Shown in pieces: positions 17,704 through 25,283 of a stretch of 38,334 bases of DNA. The notes beneath the pieces are model-generated. The model made no database searches, had not been told where the DNA came from, and saw nothing but the letters and a program-made list of their open reading frames with translations. The DNA comes from a virus. Taxonomy: Duplodnaviria; Caudoviricetes. The first letter of the stretch is position 1. Every line of letters starts with the position of its first letter. The stretch spans positions 1 to 38,334 of the IMG/VR virus record IMGVR_UViG_3300035494_000073; one strand, written 5' to 3'. The translations under genes and the position numbers were made by a program.

Positions 17704-19065
17704 CTAGAGAAGGGCGGAAATGTCGTAGAAACCAGACTCAGGCGCGAAGGCCATAACAATGGCGTCAGCAAGGTTCGGGGATTTGACGCCACGCGCTGCC
17801 ATGTCTTTCTTGCTTTCTACTTTGAACTTGCCGTTCAGAAACTCACGGCGCGGTTGGCTTAGTTCGGCGCACAGCTTGTCTAGGTGCGGCAATGCAGGAT
17901 TAAGACTAATCAGTTTCTCGGCGTCGTATGGATTGCCATTGACGGCATTGAACGTCTCGCGGAATCGGTCGCCAAGCAACCACCACGCCTGGGCCTTGGC
18001 ATTGGCGAACATATCTTTATTGGTCTTGCCGGGCATGTATTCAAGGGCAGGATTCACGACCGCAGCCGCAGCGTTGAAACCCTCGAACTCCGGCGGCTTG
18101 GCTTTCCGATCCAGGCGCTCCAGTTCTTCGCGTATAGCGCCCTTTGCCCCAGCACCTACGCCAATGTTATCGTAGCGCACCGTATCCAGGCCCATGCGTA
18201 GGGCTTGCGTGAAAACATGCCTGGCTGCGCTGTTAGGGTCGCGGTCTTTCCATTCTTCGGCGTGGAACACAGACACACCATAGCGGGCAATCAGCGCGTT
18301 TGCGTCGGCTCCTTCATCGGCAACGTCAAAACCGGCCAGCTTCCCGCCTGACGGTTCAATGCCAAGTTTGCCAAGCGCCCCCACTGCCGCGCTGATCCAT
18401 TCTGGTTTGATGATCGCCAGCGCACTATCGGCAACCGGCTCACCATCCCAGATATGGCGGGCAAGTTCCTGGTCTGTCTCGCGCATGGCCTCCATTTCCC
18501 GGCGCAGCACTTCAGGGAACCATGGGTTATCAGACCAGTTAACTTTGACAACGTGCGCGTCGGCTGGCGCATTGACCACAAAACGCTGATAGGTTTCGTC
18601 CAGCACGTTACCAGGGTTGAAGCTGGCCCATATCTCGCTACCAGGCTTTCGGATCGTCGGGATAAGCACGTTCCAGCTATGCGCGGTCACGGCCTCGGCT
18701 TCTTCCACCCAGCATATATCAATGCCCTCCATGGACTTGATCTTAGTGACGTTGTTTTTAATCCCGGCAAACAGGAATTGGCTACCGTTCGGCCCGTAGA
18801 TTGTGGCTTTCTCAATCGTGAAAAATGCAGTCAGCCCACGGCGCTCTATGGTGTCGGCAATCAGCTTATGCACCGATTCGCCGATAGAAAGCTGCAATTC
18901 ACGGGCGCATAAAATGCGCAATGGCCGTTGATAGGCCATCAAAACTAACAGGTCGGCTATTGTCCAACTTTTCCCGCTGCCCCTCCCGCCGTATGCAATC
19001 TTGTATCGGTGCGGCGCAAGAAACCCGCGAAACTTGCGCGGTACTTCAACCCTCAGCGTCGTCAT
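17704..19065 (-). CDS. terL: Terminase large subunit (PBSX-type)
   Basis: YGGRGSGKS Walker A, WVEEAE Walker B, SFNP, GFDVADEG nuclease motif and SPNLADA. Confidence 0.96.
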   Translation of the reverse strand: MTTLRVEVPRKFRGFLAPHRYKIAYGGRGSGKSWTIADLLVLMAYQRPLRILCARELQLSIGESVHKLIADTIERRGLTAFFTIEKATIYGPNGSQFLFAGIKNNVTKIKSMEGIDICWVEEAEAVTAHSWNVLIPTIRKPGSEIWASFNPGNVLDETYQRFVVNAPADAHVVKVNWSDNPWFPEVLRREMEAMRETDQELARHIWDGEPVADSALAIIKPEWISAAVGALGKLGIEPSGGKLAGFDVADEGADANALIARYGVSVFHAEEWKDRDPNSAARHVFTQALRMGLDTVRYDNIGVGAGAKGAIREELERLDRKAKPPEFEGFNAAAAVVNPALEYMPGKTNKDMFANAKAQAWWLLGDRFRETFNAVNGNPYDAEKLISLNPALPHLDKLCAELSQPRREFLNGKFKVESKKDMAARGVKSPNLADAIVMAFAPESGFYDISALL

Positions 19066-19453
19066 TGGGGTCAACGATCACAAACTGAACGGTTTGCGGT
19101 GGGGTCATGGTGCCGTCAGACGATGTAAGGTCAGTTTGTGTGCGGTCGCTGTAGCCGTGATTCGCCAAAACTAGCTTTGCAATCGTGGCGTTAAATTTGT
19201 TAGCCATGCCGCCATTTAACGCTAAATGTTCCTGTTTTGCGTCAATTGCTTGTAACGTGTCCGAAAAATCAGGGAAATTGTCGCGCCATTCGTAGATTGT
19301 TGACCGCGAAACGCCAAGATAACAAGCAAGACCGGCAACGCTGGGGATTACTCCCTCGTTGTCTTTGTAGCCTTCCAAAAGGTATCGATTTGCAGCCTCT
19401 TGCATAGCAGGTGTATACCCGCTAGGCCTGCCAACTGCTCTTTTCTCGGTCAT
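19046..19453 (-). CDS. terS: Terminase small subunit (P22 gp3-like DNA-packaging protein)
   Basis: GRPS.Y, PSVAGLACYLGVSRSTIYEW and FNATIAKLVLANHGYSD motifs; directly upstream of terL. Confidence 0.9.
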   Translation of the reverse strand: MTEKRAVGRPSGYTPAMQEAANRYLLEGYKDNEGVIPSVAGLACYLGVSRSTIYEWRDNFPDFSDTLQAIDAKQEHLALNGGMANKFNATIAKLVLANHGYSDRTQTDLTSSDGTMTPPQTVQFVIVDPNDDAEG

Positions 19454-19467
19454 ATCAAAACCCTGTT

Positions 19468-19489
19468 AAAAACGCCCGTATCGTGGGCG
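19468..19489 (-). terminator. Terminator/attenuator-like hairpin just before terS
   Basis: Minus strand CGCCC-ACGATAC-GGGCG-TTTTT. Confidence 0.45.
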
Positions 19490-19841
19490 AGTCGTGAGTC
19501 TGCACGGTTTCCCGCATCCGTCTCAATTATACCCGCTGAAGTGTCCGACGGGTTGATGGTGGCCGGTGCCTATCTCCGATCCGTTGAACCTGTTTCGCTT
19601 TCGCTACTTCTGCATTGGCTGCTGGTTCACCATCACGTCTGGCGACTGGCTGAGAAATTTTCTACATTTTGGTTTCGTCCTTCTCTATTACCTGACGGAA
19701 CGGCCAAGCGCCCGACCAATCGCCATGCGTGATAGCCCCCGTCTTTCCTGGGTGTCTGCGGCACGCTAATTTTCTCCGCCCGTCACCGCAGTTAAAGATT
19801 GCGGCTCTCCTGCGCTCTTACCCGGTGCAGGTTAGGTTTGA

Positions 19842-19921
19842 TGGTGTCTCTGCGAAGAATCGAACTTCGCTTGGATTCAGCTTCGACAGGATTTCTCCCT
19901 GCTGACTAGCCATTCAGAGCC
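19842..19921 (-). tRNA. Degenerate tRNA-like element ending in ACCA (pseudo-tRNA)
   Basis: Acceptor GGCTCTG/CAGAGAC (1 mismatch), T-arm CGAAG-TTCGATT-CTTCG, 3' ACCA; shrunken D arm; non-canonical anticodon loop GAGAAAT. Confidence 0.4.
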
Positions 19922-20194
19922 AACCCTTACTCTGTTAAGAGCAACCATCATCAAGGCGGGCCGGACTCGAAACCGGCGTACTTTACTTACCCGCGTTTCT
20001 GCGCAACCTACGGGCTTGTCTGGTCGAACCGCATTAACCTAACCGCCTTGATGATCCGACTACTCTTACCCGGTAATCGGTTTAGGTCACAGCCGCAACA
20101 TAGCTGTAAATTCAGGTTAGCTCACAACCTGCGGCCCCGATGCAAAAACAAGGTGGCTCCTTAAAGTTTCTGCAAATGCTCTTGCCGTGTGATT

Positions 20195-20203
20195 ATTATA
20201 CAC
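20195..20203 (-). promoter_or_regulatory. Promoter -10 (GTGTATAAT) reading into the structured RNA array
   Basis: Same GTGTATAAT as at 17658, 21513, 28876 and 29548; no clear -35. Confidence 0.5.
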
Positions 20204-20207
20204 AACC

Positions 20208-20501
20208 CTACCTCCCCCGTCCATACCCAAACGCGCCTTCGGTGCCGATACCTATCCCGCCCATACTAACCTGCTTCGGGTGCGCGTCAATATCGGCCTG
20301 CCTAAGGTGCACAGACGGCTTGTAAGCCTTGCGCTTGGGCGGTTCGGCTGGTGTTGCCTTGTTGCTCACGAAATCCGCCACAGAACCGCGCCATACCGTG
20401 CGAACGGCGGCGGTTACTTCGGTATCCGTGGGTTTTTCTGAAATCGCCACGCCAAGCCGTTGAAGGCGGGCAATGGCTAGGGTTTTGGTTTGTTTGTTCA
20501 T
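20208..20501 (-). CDS. Hypothetical basic protein
   Basis: MNKQTKTLAIARL... 97 aa; ATGA overlap with the upstream HTH gene. Confidence 0.6.
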   Translation of the reverse strand: MNKQTKTLAIARLQRLGVAISEKPTDTEVTAAVRTVWRGSVADFVSNKATPAEPPKRKAYKPSVHLRQADIDAHPKQVSMGGIGIGTEGAFGYGRGR

Positions 20502-20656
20502 ACATTCCACCTCGTCCGATACGTCAAAATATCACGAATAGTTGATTCTGCCACGCCGAATAACCGGGAAAGGCGAACGTAGCCGAAAACACCAGGCTTA
20601 TACGCTGCCCGAATCTGGCGTACCTGGTCTGGGGTTAGTTTTGCTCTGTGGTGCAT
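20498..20656 (-). CDS. Small HTH DNA-binding protein (not in the ORF track)
   Basis: MHHRAKLTPDQVRQIRAAYKPGVFGYVRLSRLFGVAESTIRDILTYRTRWNV*; AKLT..QV..IR...L...FGV..STI..I pattern; TAATG overlap. Confidence 0.75.
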   Translation of the reverse strand: MHHRAKLTPDQVRQIRAAYKPGVFGYVRLSRLFGVAESTIRDILTYRTRWNV

Positions 20657-20931
20657 TACGCCTCACCTCGGGCTTTAGCTAGTGCGGCTTCCGCAGCAGC
20701 AAGGGCTTTTTGGCACTCTTGCAATGCGGCATACATAGTCGGCGCGGCGGCGATTAGGTGGGCGTTAGCCTCAAAATTTTTTGTTTCTGTTCTTCGTATT
20801 TTTACGACAGCGCCGTGCCCATCAGTCAGTCTATTTCCTTCGCTATCGCTTCCCATAATGTAATAGCCGTTTGTTTGGTATGTTCGCTTTTCAGCATACC
20901 AAGGGCCAGGTGTAAATTTCGGTTCATTCAT
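20656..20931 (-). CDS. Conserved phage protein (TPGPW ... NA.LIAAAP family)
   Basis: KFTPGPW and EANAHLIAAAPTMYAAL...ALAKARGE motifs. Confidence 0.8.
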   Translation of the reverse strand: MNEPKFTPGPWYAEKRTYQTNGYYIMGSDSEGNRLTDGHGAVVKIRRTETKNFEANAHLIAAAPTMYAALQECQKALAAAEAALAKARGEA

Positions 20932-20947
20932 TTTTATTTCTCCCTGT

Positions 20948-21247
20948 TTAAGCTGCGAATCGAGGCAAAAAGCAATTTTCCAACTTTCCGGTTTCGCGGT
21001 TCATGTTCCGATCAATTCCGTAAAGGTCGTGCAAAAAATCGAAATCATCGGCGGCCAACCAACTTGCAAGCTTCAGCGGCGTTCCATTCAAGTGGCAAGC
21101 TGTTATATCCATTGCTGTGTTGATTATGTTGCGCTTGCTCAAATGCCAAATAGCAACGGCACGCTTGCAAATCTGCTCTATCAATGCCGATTCTTCGGCT
21201 GTTGCGCTCCAGTTGATTTTGCTCACTACGTAAAAAGTCTTTTCCAT
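20948..21247 (-). CDS. Conserved phage protein (DUF6874-like)
   Basis: MDITACHLNG.PL.L...L.ADDFDF.HD.YGI.R...RETGKL..CF.PRF motif. Confidence 0.7.
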   Translation of the reverse strand: MEKTFYVVSKINWSATAEESALIEQICKRAVAIWHLSKRNIINTAMDITACHLNGTPLKLASWLAADDFDFLHDLYGIDRNMNRETGKLENCFLPRFAA

Positions 21248-21291
21248 TTCATTCTCCCTGTATGCCCGGCGCGGTGCCGGGCGGTTAGTGT

Positions 21292-21477
21292 TTAAAACTC
21301 GGTAAACTCACCAGTCTTGATTGACCGAAGGCAGACCTTAACGCCGCCGCGCTTGCCAACCAAAGTGAAGAAACCAGCGTACCAGCCGCGGCGCATCAAA
21401 TCTTCAGCGAGTGCGCCTTCGATCTTTTCAATGCTGGCGACCTGGTACTGGCGGTTGTTTAAGGTAACTGTCTGCAT
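21292..21477 (-). CDS. Hypothetical early protein
   Basis: 61 aa; SD AGGGAG; L.GKRGG motif; first gene after the promoter at 21513. Confidence 0.7.
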   Translation of the reverse strand: MQTVTLNNRQYQVASIEKIEGALAEDLMRRGWYAGFFTLVGKRGGVKVCLRSIKTGEFTEF

Positions 21478-21512
21478 TTCGTTTCTCCCTGTTCCGTGTG
21501 TCGATGAATAGA

Positions 21513-21521
21513 ATTATACAC
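21513..21521 (-). promoter_or_regulatory. Promoter -10 (GTGTATAAT) of the leftward small-gene operon
   Basis: TATAAT in an AT-rich gap; ACCTA/TAGGT inverted motifs upstream at 21528-21556. Confidence 0.55.
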
Positions 21522-21654
21522 ACAATAACCTAAATTTTACTAGGTGTTTTTACCTACTATGCAATTATTTTTCGCCATGCTATACTGGGTAGGCAATTAG
21601 ACCATTAGACTATCTTTTATAGATATAAAAGACTAATAGTTTATATATAGAACG

Positions 21655-21699
21655 AAAAAAAAGCGCATTACCCCGTTTGGCGGTGCGCTTTTCTTTTTT
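21655..21699. terminator. Bidirectional terminator-like hairpin
   Basis: AAAAAAAAGCGCATT...GGTGCGCTTTTCTTTTTT. Confidence 0.6.
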
Positions 21700-21700
21700 G

Positions 21701-21897
21701 ACCGTTAGTAGACGGTTAGTAAACCGTTAGTAACGTAAGTCATTGATTTTATTGATCGTTACACCGATACACCGATATTTGCGTTTTGCATTTGTGCTTT
21801 TCTATGTGTCTGTGTGCGTGTATCTGTGTATCGGTGTATCGGTCTTTGTTTTCAATAACTTACGTTACTAACGGTCGTGTATTGGTCTACTAACGGT
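21701..21897. repeat. About 200-bp nested inverted repeat with iterated motifs; probable replication origin
   Basis: Perfect arms 21701-13/21885-97 (13 bp), 21723-40/21858-75 (18 bp) and 21763-77/21829-43 (15 bp); just downstream of the primase gene. Confidence 0.75.
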
Positions 21898-21944
21898 TGG
21901 TGAATTTTTAAAGAACAATCCCGCACGGGCACGCACTTACTACA

Positions 21945-24218
21945 CTACTGGATCGCATAGTATTTTGCAACCTCCTGATGGTTCTTTGCTTGCACGGTTT
22001 CTACCCGAACCATGCCGCTGGCCGCCATTTCATTAAGCGCCTTGGCAATGTCTTCGCGCTTGTACTTGCGCAGCCGATTAGCTAGCACGGCAAGGGTTTC
22101 GCCATGCTCATAGTCAATCTTGTTAAGTATGGCCGCGCAAAGCTGGTGATGTTTGTTGTTTGACTCATCATTGACGAATGCCATACGCGCCTTTTCTTCA
22201 ATGTCACGGTTCACAAACGCAAAGGCCCATTTAACGTGTTCAGGTGTGCGCGTACCGCTTGGTACAGCAAGGATGGTACTTATCTTTGCCACGGCTTCGT
22301 AACCGCGCCTGGGGGCCGCTTCAAAGCCATTTGACCCCTTAAACGATTCGGCCTTTTCTTCAAAGTAAGAAAGCGCCTGATCGAGCATGTCGTTGGCGGC
22401 TTTGGTCGTCACGATCTTTAGCTTTTCGCCGTAATACTCCACCCTGGTAATGCTTGAATCGTAATCTCCGCCCGAATACAGCGCCATAAGCGTGTTGCGC
22501 AGACTTTCCGGCATGTGGCGGCGTTTAAATCCTCGCTTTGCCCTTGGGTTGGTCTCACGTTCATTCACAAGCACAGAGCGCCCTATAAAGCCGTTTTCGA
22601 CTTGCTCACGCGTCACCAGTGAATCAAAGGTTACCGGCGTGGTAAACCCTATTAACGACAAAAAAGGACGCTCCAGCCCGTTATCAATATGCTCTAAGGC
22701 ACGTTCTAACCCTGGTATCCTGCGCGCTGCGTAGCCGGTAGGGTCTTCATTCTCGGCTACCATCTTGCGACACCCGGCAAGTTCTGATTTGAGCGCATCA
22801 CGAACGGCGTCCTTTACGTCACCCGTAAGCAGCATAAAACCGTTGGCCTTTGAGTATGCGGCCATAAGCTGCCCAATAACCCCATCCAGATAGGCCGCCC
22901 CACCACGTTTACGGGCTGATTCGATCTTGGATAGCAAAATGCCCATTTCATCAATGATGTAATAGGCCGCCTGGTTGCGGATTAGGTTACGGACTATTTC
23001 TTGTTCTGACTTGATCGAGCCGTGCGTGGCAATGTGAATACCAGCGGCTCGGTGGATTTCCGCCACCGCCTGCTGTACGGCCTCTTTCCCAGTAGCTGAA
23101 CCCGCCACACAAAACGCAAAAAGATTCAGGCTTACATCGTCGCGGTCGTCCGTATAGCGAAGCCCGCACACGTTACCCATAGCAACAATGGCCGACGCTG
23201 CGGCCAGGTGTTCTCGCGGGTAACGGCACTGGTCATTGATCCATTTGGCAACGTCGCCAACAAAGCCAGGCGGGCGCAGCAAGTCCACACCTTCAATGGA
23301 AAACGGCAACCCTTCAGCGGGTTCTGGCTCATCGAAAACAATATCAGAATCAAACGTTACCGATTGCGTCCACCCGGCGCTTTGTGCGTAATGCACGAGT
23401 GTGCCCATCGTCACTGGGTTGGCCGACTTGCCGAAGCTGTGCCAGCGACGGTTTAGCGCGTCAGCGCCGGGGTATTTGCCCTGTGTGCTGCCGTGGCTCC
23501 ACTGGTTCCACAATTCAAATCCAGCCCCACCTGTTGCGTGGTGTATGGCCATGCCGCAACGTACCCACGTTTCATGGTCGCAATCCGGGCTGATGTAGGA
23601 AAGCATATCAACCAGATCGGCGTCCGATACATCAACGCTCACCCCATCAACAGATGCGCGGTAGCGATCCGGTTTTTTGAGTAAATCAACGAGTTTTTGC
23701 GGCGCTGGCCCAATATCAAAGGGCGTTCCGATAACAGCCTCATAGCGATTGCCGCTAGCGTGCATGGAGCCTGGGCCGACCACGAACCCCGATGATTTAA
23801 AGTCAATACCTGGGTATTCGTCCAGGTGTTGCACCATCGCAATGGAAGGATCAACTAAAAAATAATTGTGCTTAGACCCGCCCCCGCTGCCAGTGTTAAC
23901 GATAAATTCACACCCGGCAATCTCTGGTATGTCAGCAACCAGTTTTTTATACGATTCAACGCCGCCGTTTCTCGCGTCACTATCAACGATCAGCAGGCCA
24001 CGAACAAGCACGCCGTAACCCGTGGCAAGCTGGCCGGACATTTCCATAACTTCGAGCTGTTCATCCGACCATTCAGGCGTATGTTGCCAGTTGGCAAAAC
24101 GCGGGTGCTTGAACGCGGCGGCACAATCCGGGTTGCCGCATTCGCATGAGCCATCAGGGTTAGCGCCATACAGCCCGAAGATACGATAACCGGCCTCAAT
24201 AAAATCATTGTGCATCAT
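21945..24218 (-). CDS. DNA primase-helicase (Prim-Pol + PriCT-2 + P-loop/DUF3987-like domain)
   Basis: C.CGNPDC...KHP, VDSDARNGG, TGSGG..H.YF, W.RCGMA.H...W..WS (PriCT-2), GSATGKE Walker A and IIDEMG Walker B. Confidence 0.9.
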   Translation of the reverse strand: MMHNDFIEAGYRIFGLYGANPDGSCECGNPDCAAAFKHPRFANWQHTPEWSDEQLEVMEMSGQLATGYGVLVRGLLIVDSDARNGGVESYKKLVADIPEIAGCEFIVNTGSGGGSKHNYFLVDPSIAMVQHLDEYPGIDFKSSGFVVGPGSMHASGNRYEAVIGTPFDIGPAPQKLVDLLKKPDRYRASVDGVSVDVSDADLVDMLSYISPDCDHETWVRCGMAIHHATGGAGFELWNQWSHGSTQGKYPGADALNRRWHSFGKSANPVTMGTLVHYAQSAGWTQSVTFDSDIVFDEPEPAEGLPFSIEGVDLLRPPGFVGDVAKWINDQCRYPREHLAAASAIVAMGNVCGLRYTDDRDDVSLNLFAFCVAGSATGKEAVQQAVAEIHRAAGIHIATHGSIKSEQEIVRNLIRNQAAYYIIDEMGILLSKIESARKRGGAAYLDGVIGQLMAAYSKANGFMLLTGDVKDAVRDALKSELAGCRKMVAENEDPTGYAARRIPGLERALEHIDNGLERPFLSLIGFTTPVTFDSLVTREQVENGFIGRSVLVNERETNPRAKRGFKRRHMPESLRNTLMALYSGGDYDSSITRVEYYGEKLKIVTTKAANDMLDQALSYFEEKAESFKGSNGFEAAPRRGYEAVAKISTILAVPSGTRTPEHVKWAFAFVNRDIEEKARMAFVNDESNNKHHQLCAAILNKIDYEHGETLAVLANRLRKYKREDIAKALNEMAASGMVRVETVQAKNHQEVAKYYAIQ

Positions 24219-24390
24219 TGGCCGACCCTTGCAGATAGTCACTTAACGCTTTCACTGTCTCGTAGTTAAGCCCCGAAAAATTCCCGCTGGCAATGCGCCA
24301 GACGGTCTGATAGGAAAGCCCGGTTTTTTGAGCCACGATCTTGGGTTTTCGGTCTGCAAGCGCGGCTTGTATCTGGGTTGGCGTCATCAT
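24205..24390 (-). CDS. Cro-like HTH regulator
   Basis: 61 aa, VAQKTGLSYQTVWRIASG helix-turn-helix. Confidence 0.85.
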   Translation of the reverse strand: MMTPTQIQAALADRKPKIVAQKTGLSYQTVWRIASGNFSGLNYETVKALSDYLQGSANDAQ

Positions 24391-24427
24391 TGGTTTGGCC
24401 TATTTAAAAAGTTTTTTGTATTTCGTG

Positions 24428-24457
24428 TTGACATACTAACAAAAAATAGACTATTAT
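24428..24457 (+). promoter_or_regulatory. Sigma70 promoter of the rightward recombination/replication operon
   Basis: TTGACA-18 bp-TATTAT in the divergent intergenic gap. Confidence 0.7.
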
Positions 24458-24518
24458 TCAAACCGTAGAGAAAGAAGCCGGAGCATTCCGCAACGGCAAT
24501 ACCCAATGAGGTAACAAT

Positions 24519-25271
24519 ATGAGCCTGTCCACAATGGTAGAAAAACCTACCGACAAACCCGTCATTGCCACGATCTTGGGCGATGCGGGCCTTGGCAAAA
24601 CGTCGCTTGCCTGCACGTTTCCTAAGCCGATTGTGATTCGTGCTGAGGATGGTTTGCAATCTATCCCGGTCGAACAGCGCCCTGACGCTTTGCCGCTGAT
24701 TACTAAGGTAGATCAGCTTTTCGATCAGCTTATGCTCTTGGTCAAAGAAGATCACGACTATAAGACACTTGTTATTGATTCGGTAACGGCGCTTGAGCGT
24801 CTGTTTATTCAGGACGTTATCGACAATGACCCGAAGAATCCAAAGGGAATTAACCAGGCGCTTGGCGGTTACGGAAACGGAACGGCAGCCGTAGCGGCAC
24901 AGCATGAACGGGTGCGCAAGGCCTGCGGCATCTTGCGCGACCGCAAAGGCATGAACATTGTTTTCATTGCTCATGCTGAGGTCGAAACCATCAGCCCACC
25001 AGACGATGAAGATTACAGCCGCTACAGCTTGCGTATCGGTAAAAAATCGGTTGCCCCCTATACCGATGACGTAGACCTGGTTGGTTTTGTCAAACTTGAA
25101 ACATTCACCAAAGGAGACGGCGACAAGAAAAAGGCTATTTCAAGCGGTGGCCGGGTTGTCGTATGCCATGCGACGGCCAGCAACGTATCAAAAAACCGCT
25201 ATGGCATTGAGGAAGAATTGCCTTTTGAAAAAGGCGTAAACCCATTTACCAATTACATCAACACACTTTAA
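24519..25271 (+). CDS. Sak4-like ssDNA-annealing ATPase (AAA_24)
   Basis: GDAGLGKT Walker A, TLVIDSVT Walker B, GGYGNG, IAH and SKNRY motifs. Confidence 0.88.
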   Translation: MSLSTMVEKPTDKPVIATILGDAGLGKTSLACTFPKPIVIRAEDGLQSIPVEQRPDALPLITKVDQLFDQLMLLVKEDHDYKTLVIDSVTALERLFIQDVIDNDPKNPKGINQALGGYGNGTAAVAAQHERVRKACGILRDRKGMNIVFIAHAEVETISPPDDEDYSRYSLRIGKKSVAPYTDDVDLVGFVKLETFTKGDGDKKKAISSGGRVVVCHATASNVSKNRYGIEEELPFEKGVNPFTNYINTL

Positions 25272-25283
25272 GGACTTACAGAC

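Larger units (their letters stand above)
19468..20187 (-). ncRNA. Array of tandem structured, partly tRNA-like RNA domains (putative ncRNA cluster or late leader)
   Basis: No credible ORF. Four closed domains (20055-19947, 19950-19839, 19733-19632, 19635-19554), T-arm-like hairpins, two hairpins with identical loops, and a promoter -10 at 20195-20200. Confidence 0.6.

Noticed and set aside
19670-19720. Hammerhead-like fragments (CTGACGG on +, CGAAAC on -)
   Set aside because: The core elements are on opposite strands and do not make CUGANGA...GAAA.
19400-19769. Plus-strand ORFs 19400..19732 and 19566..19769, and 20140..20325
   Set aside because: Antisense to the local gene flow, with no SD or protein motifs; the dense stem pairing explains the region better.
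19992-20040. Twister-like words in domain B (TTAATGCGG...ACAAGCCCG...GCAGA)
   Set aside because: I could not form the P4 stem or the second pseudoknot; it would need an Infernal hit or a cleavage assay.
20170-20179. CTGCAAATGC, a 10-bp match to the inversion repeat at the 5' end of the RNA array (a guide RNA for inversion?)
   Set aside because: The same 10-mer occurs inside a coding region at 30390-30399, and a match this short is expected by chance in 38 kb. No RNA-guided recombinase is visible.
21701-21897. CRISPR array or transposon ends
   Set aside because: The repeats are nested inverted arms without regular spacers, and no cas or transposase gene is present.
24387-24974. 195-aa minus-strand ORF
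   Set aside because: Overlaps the Sak4-like gene and the divergent promoter in antisense; no motifs.
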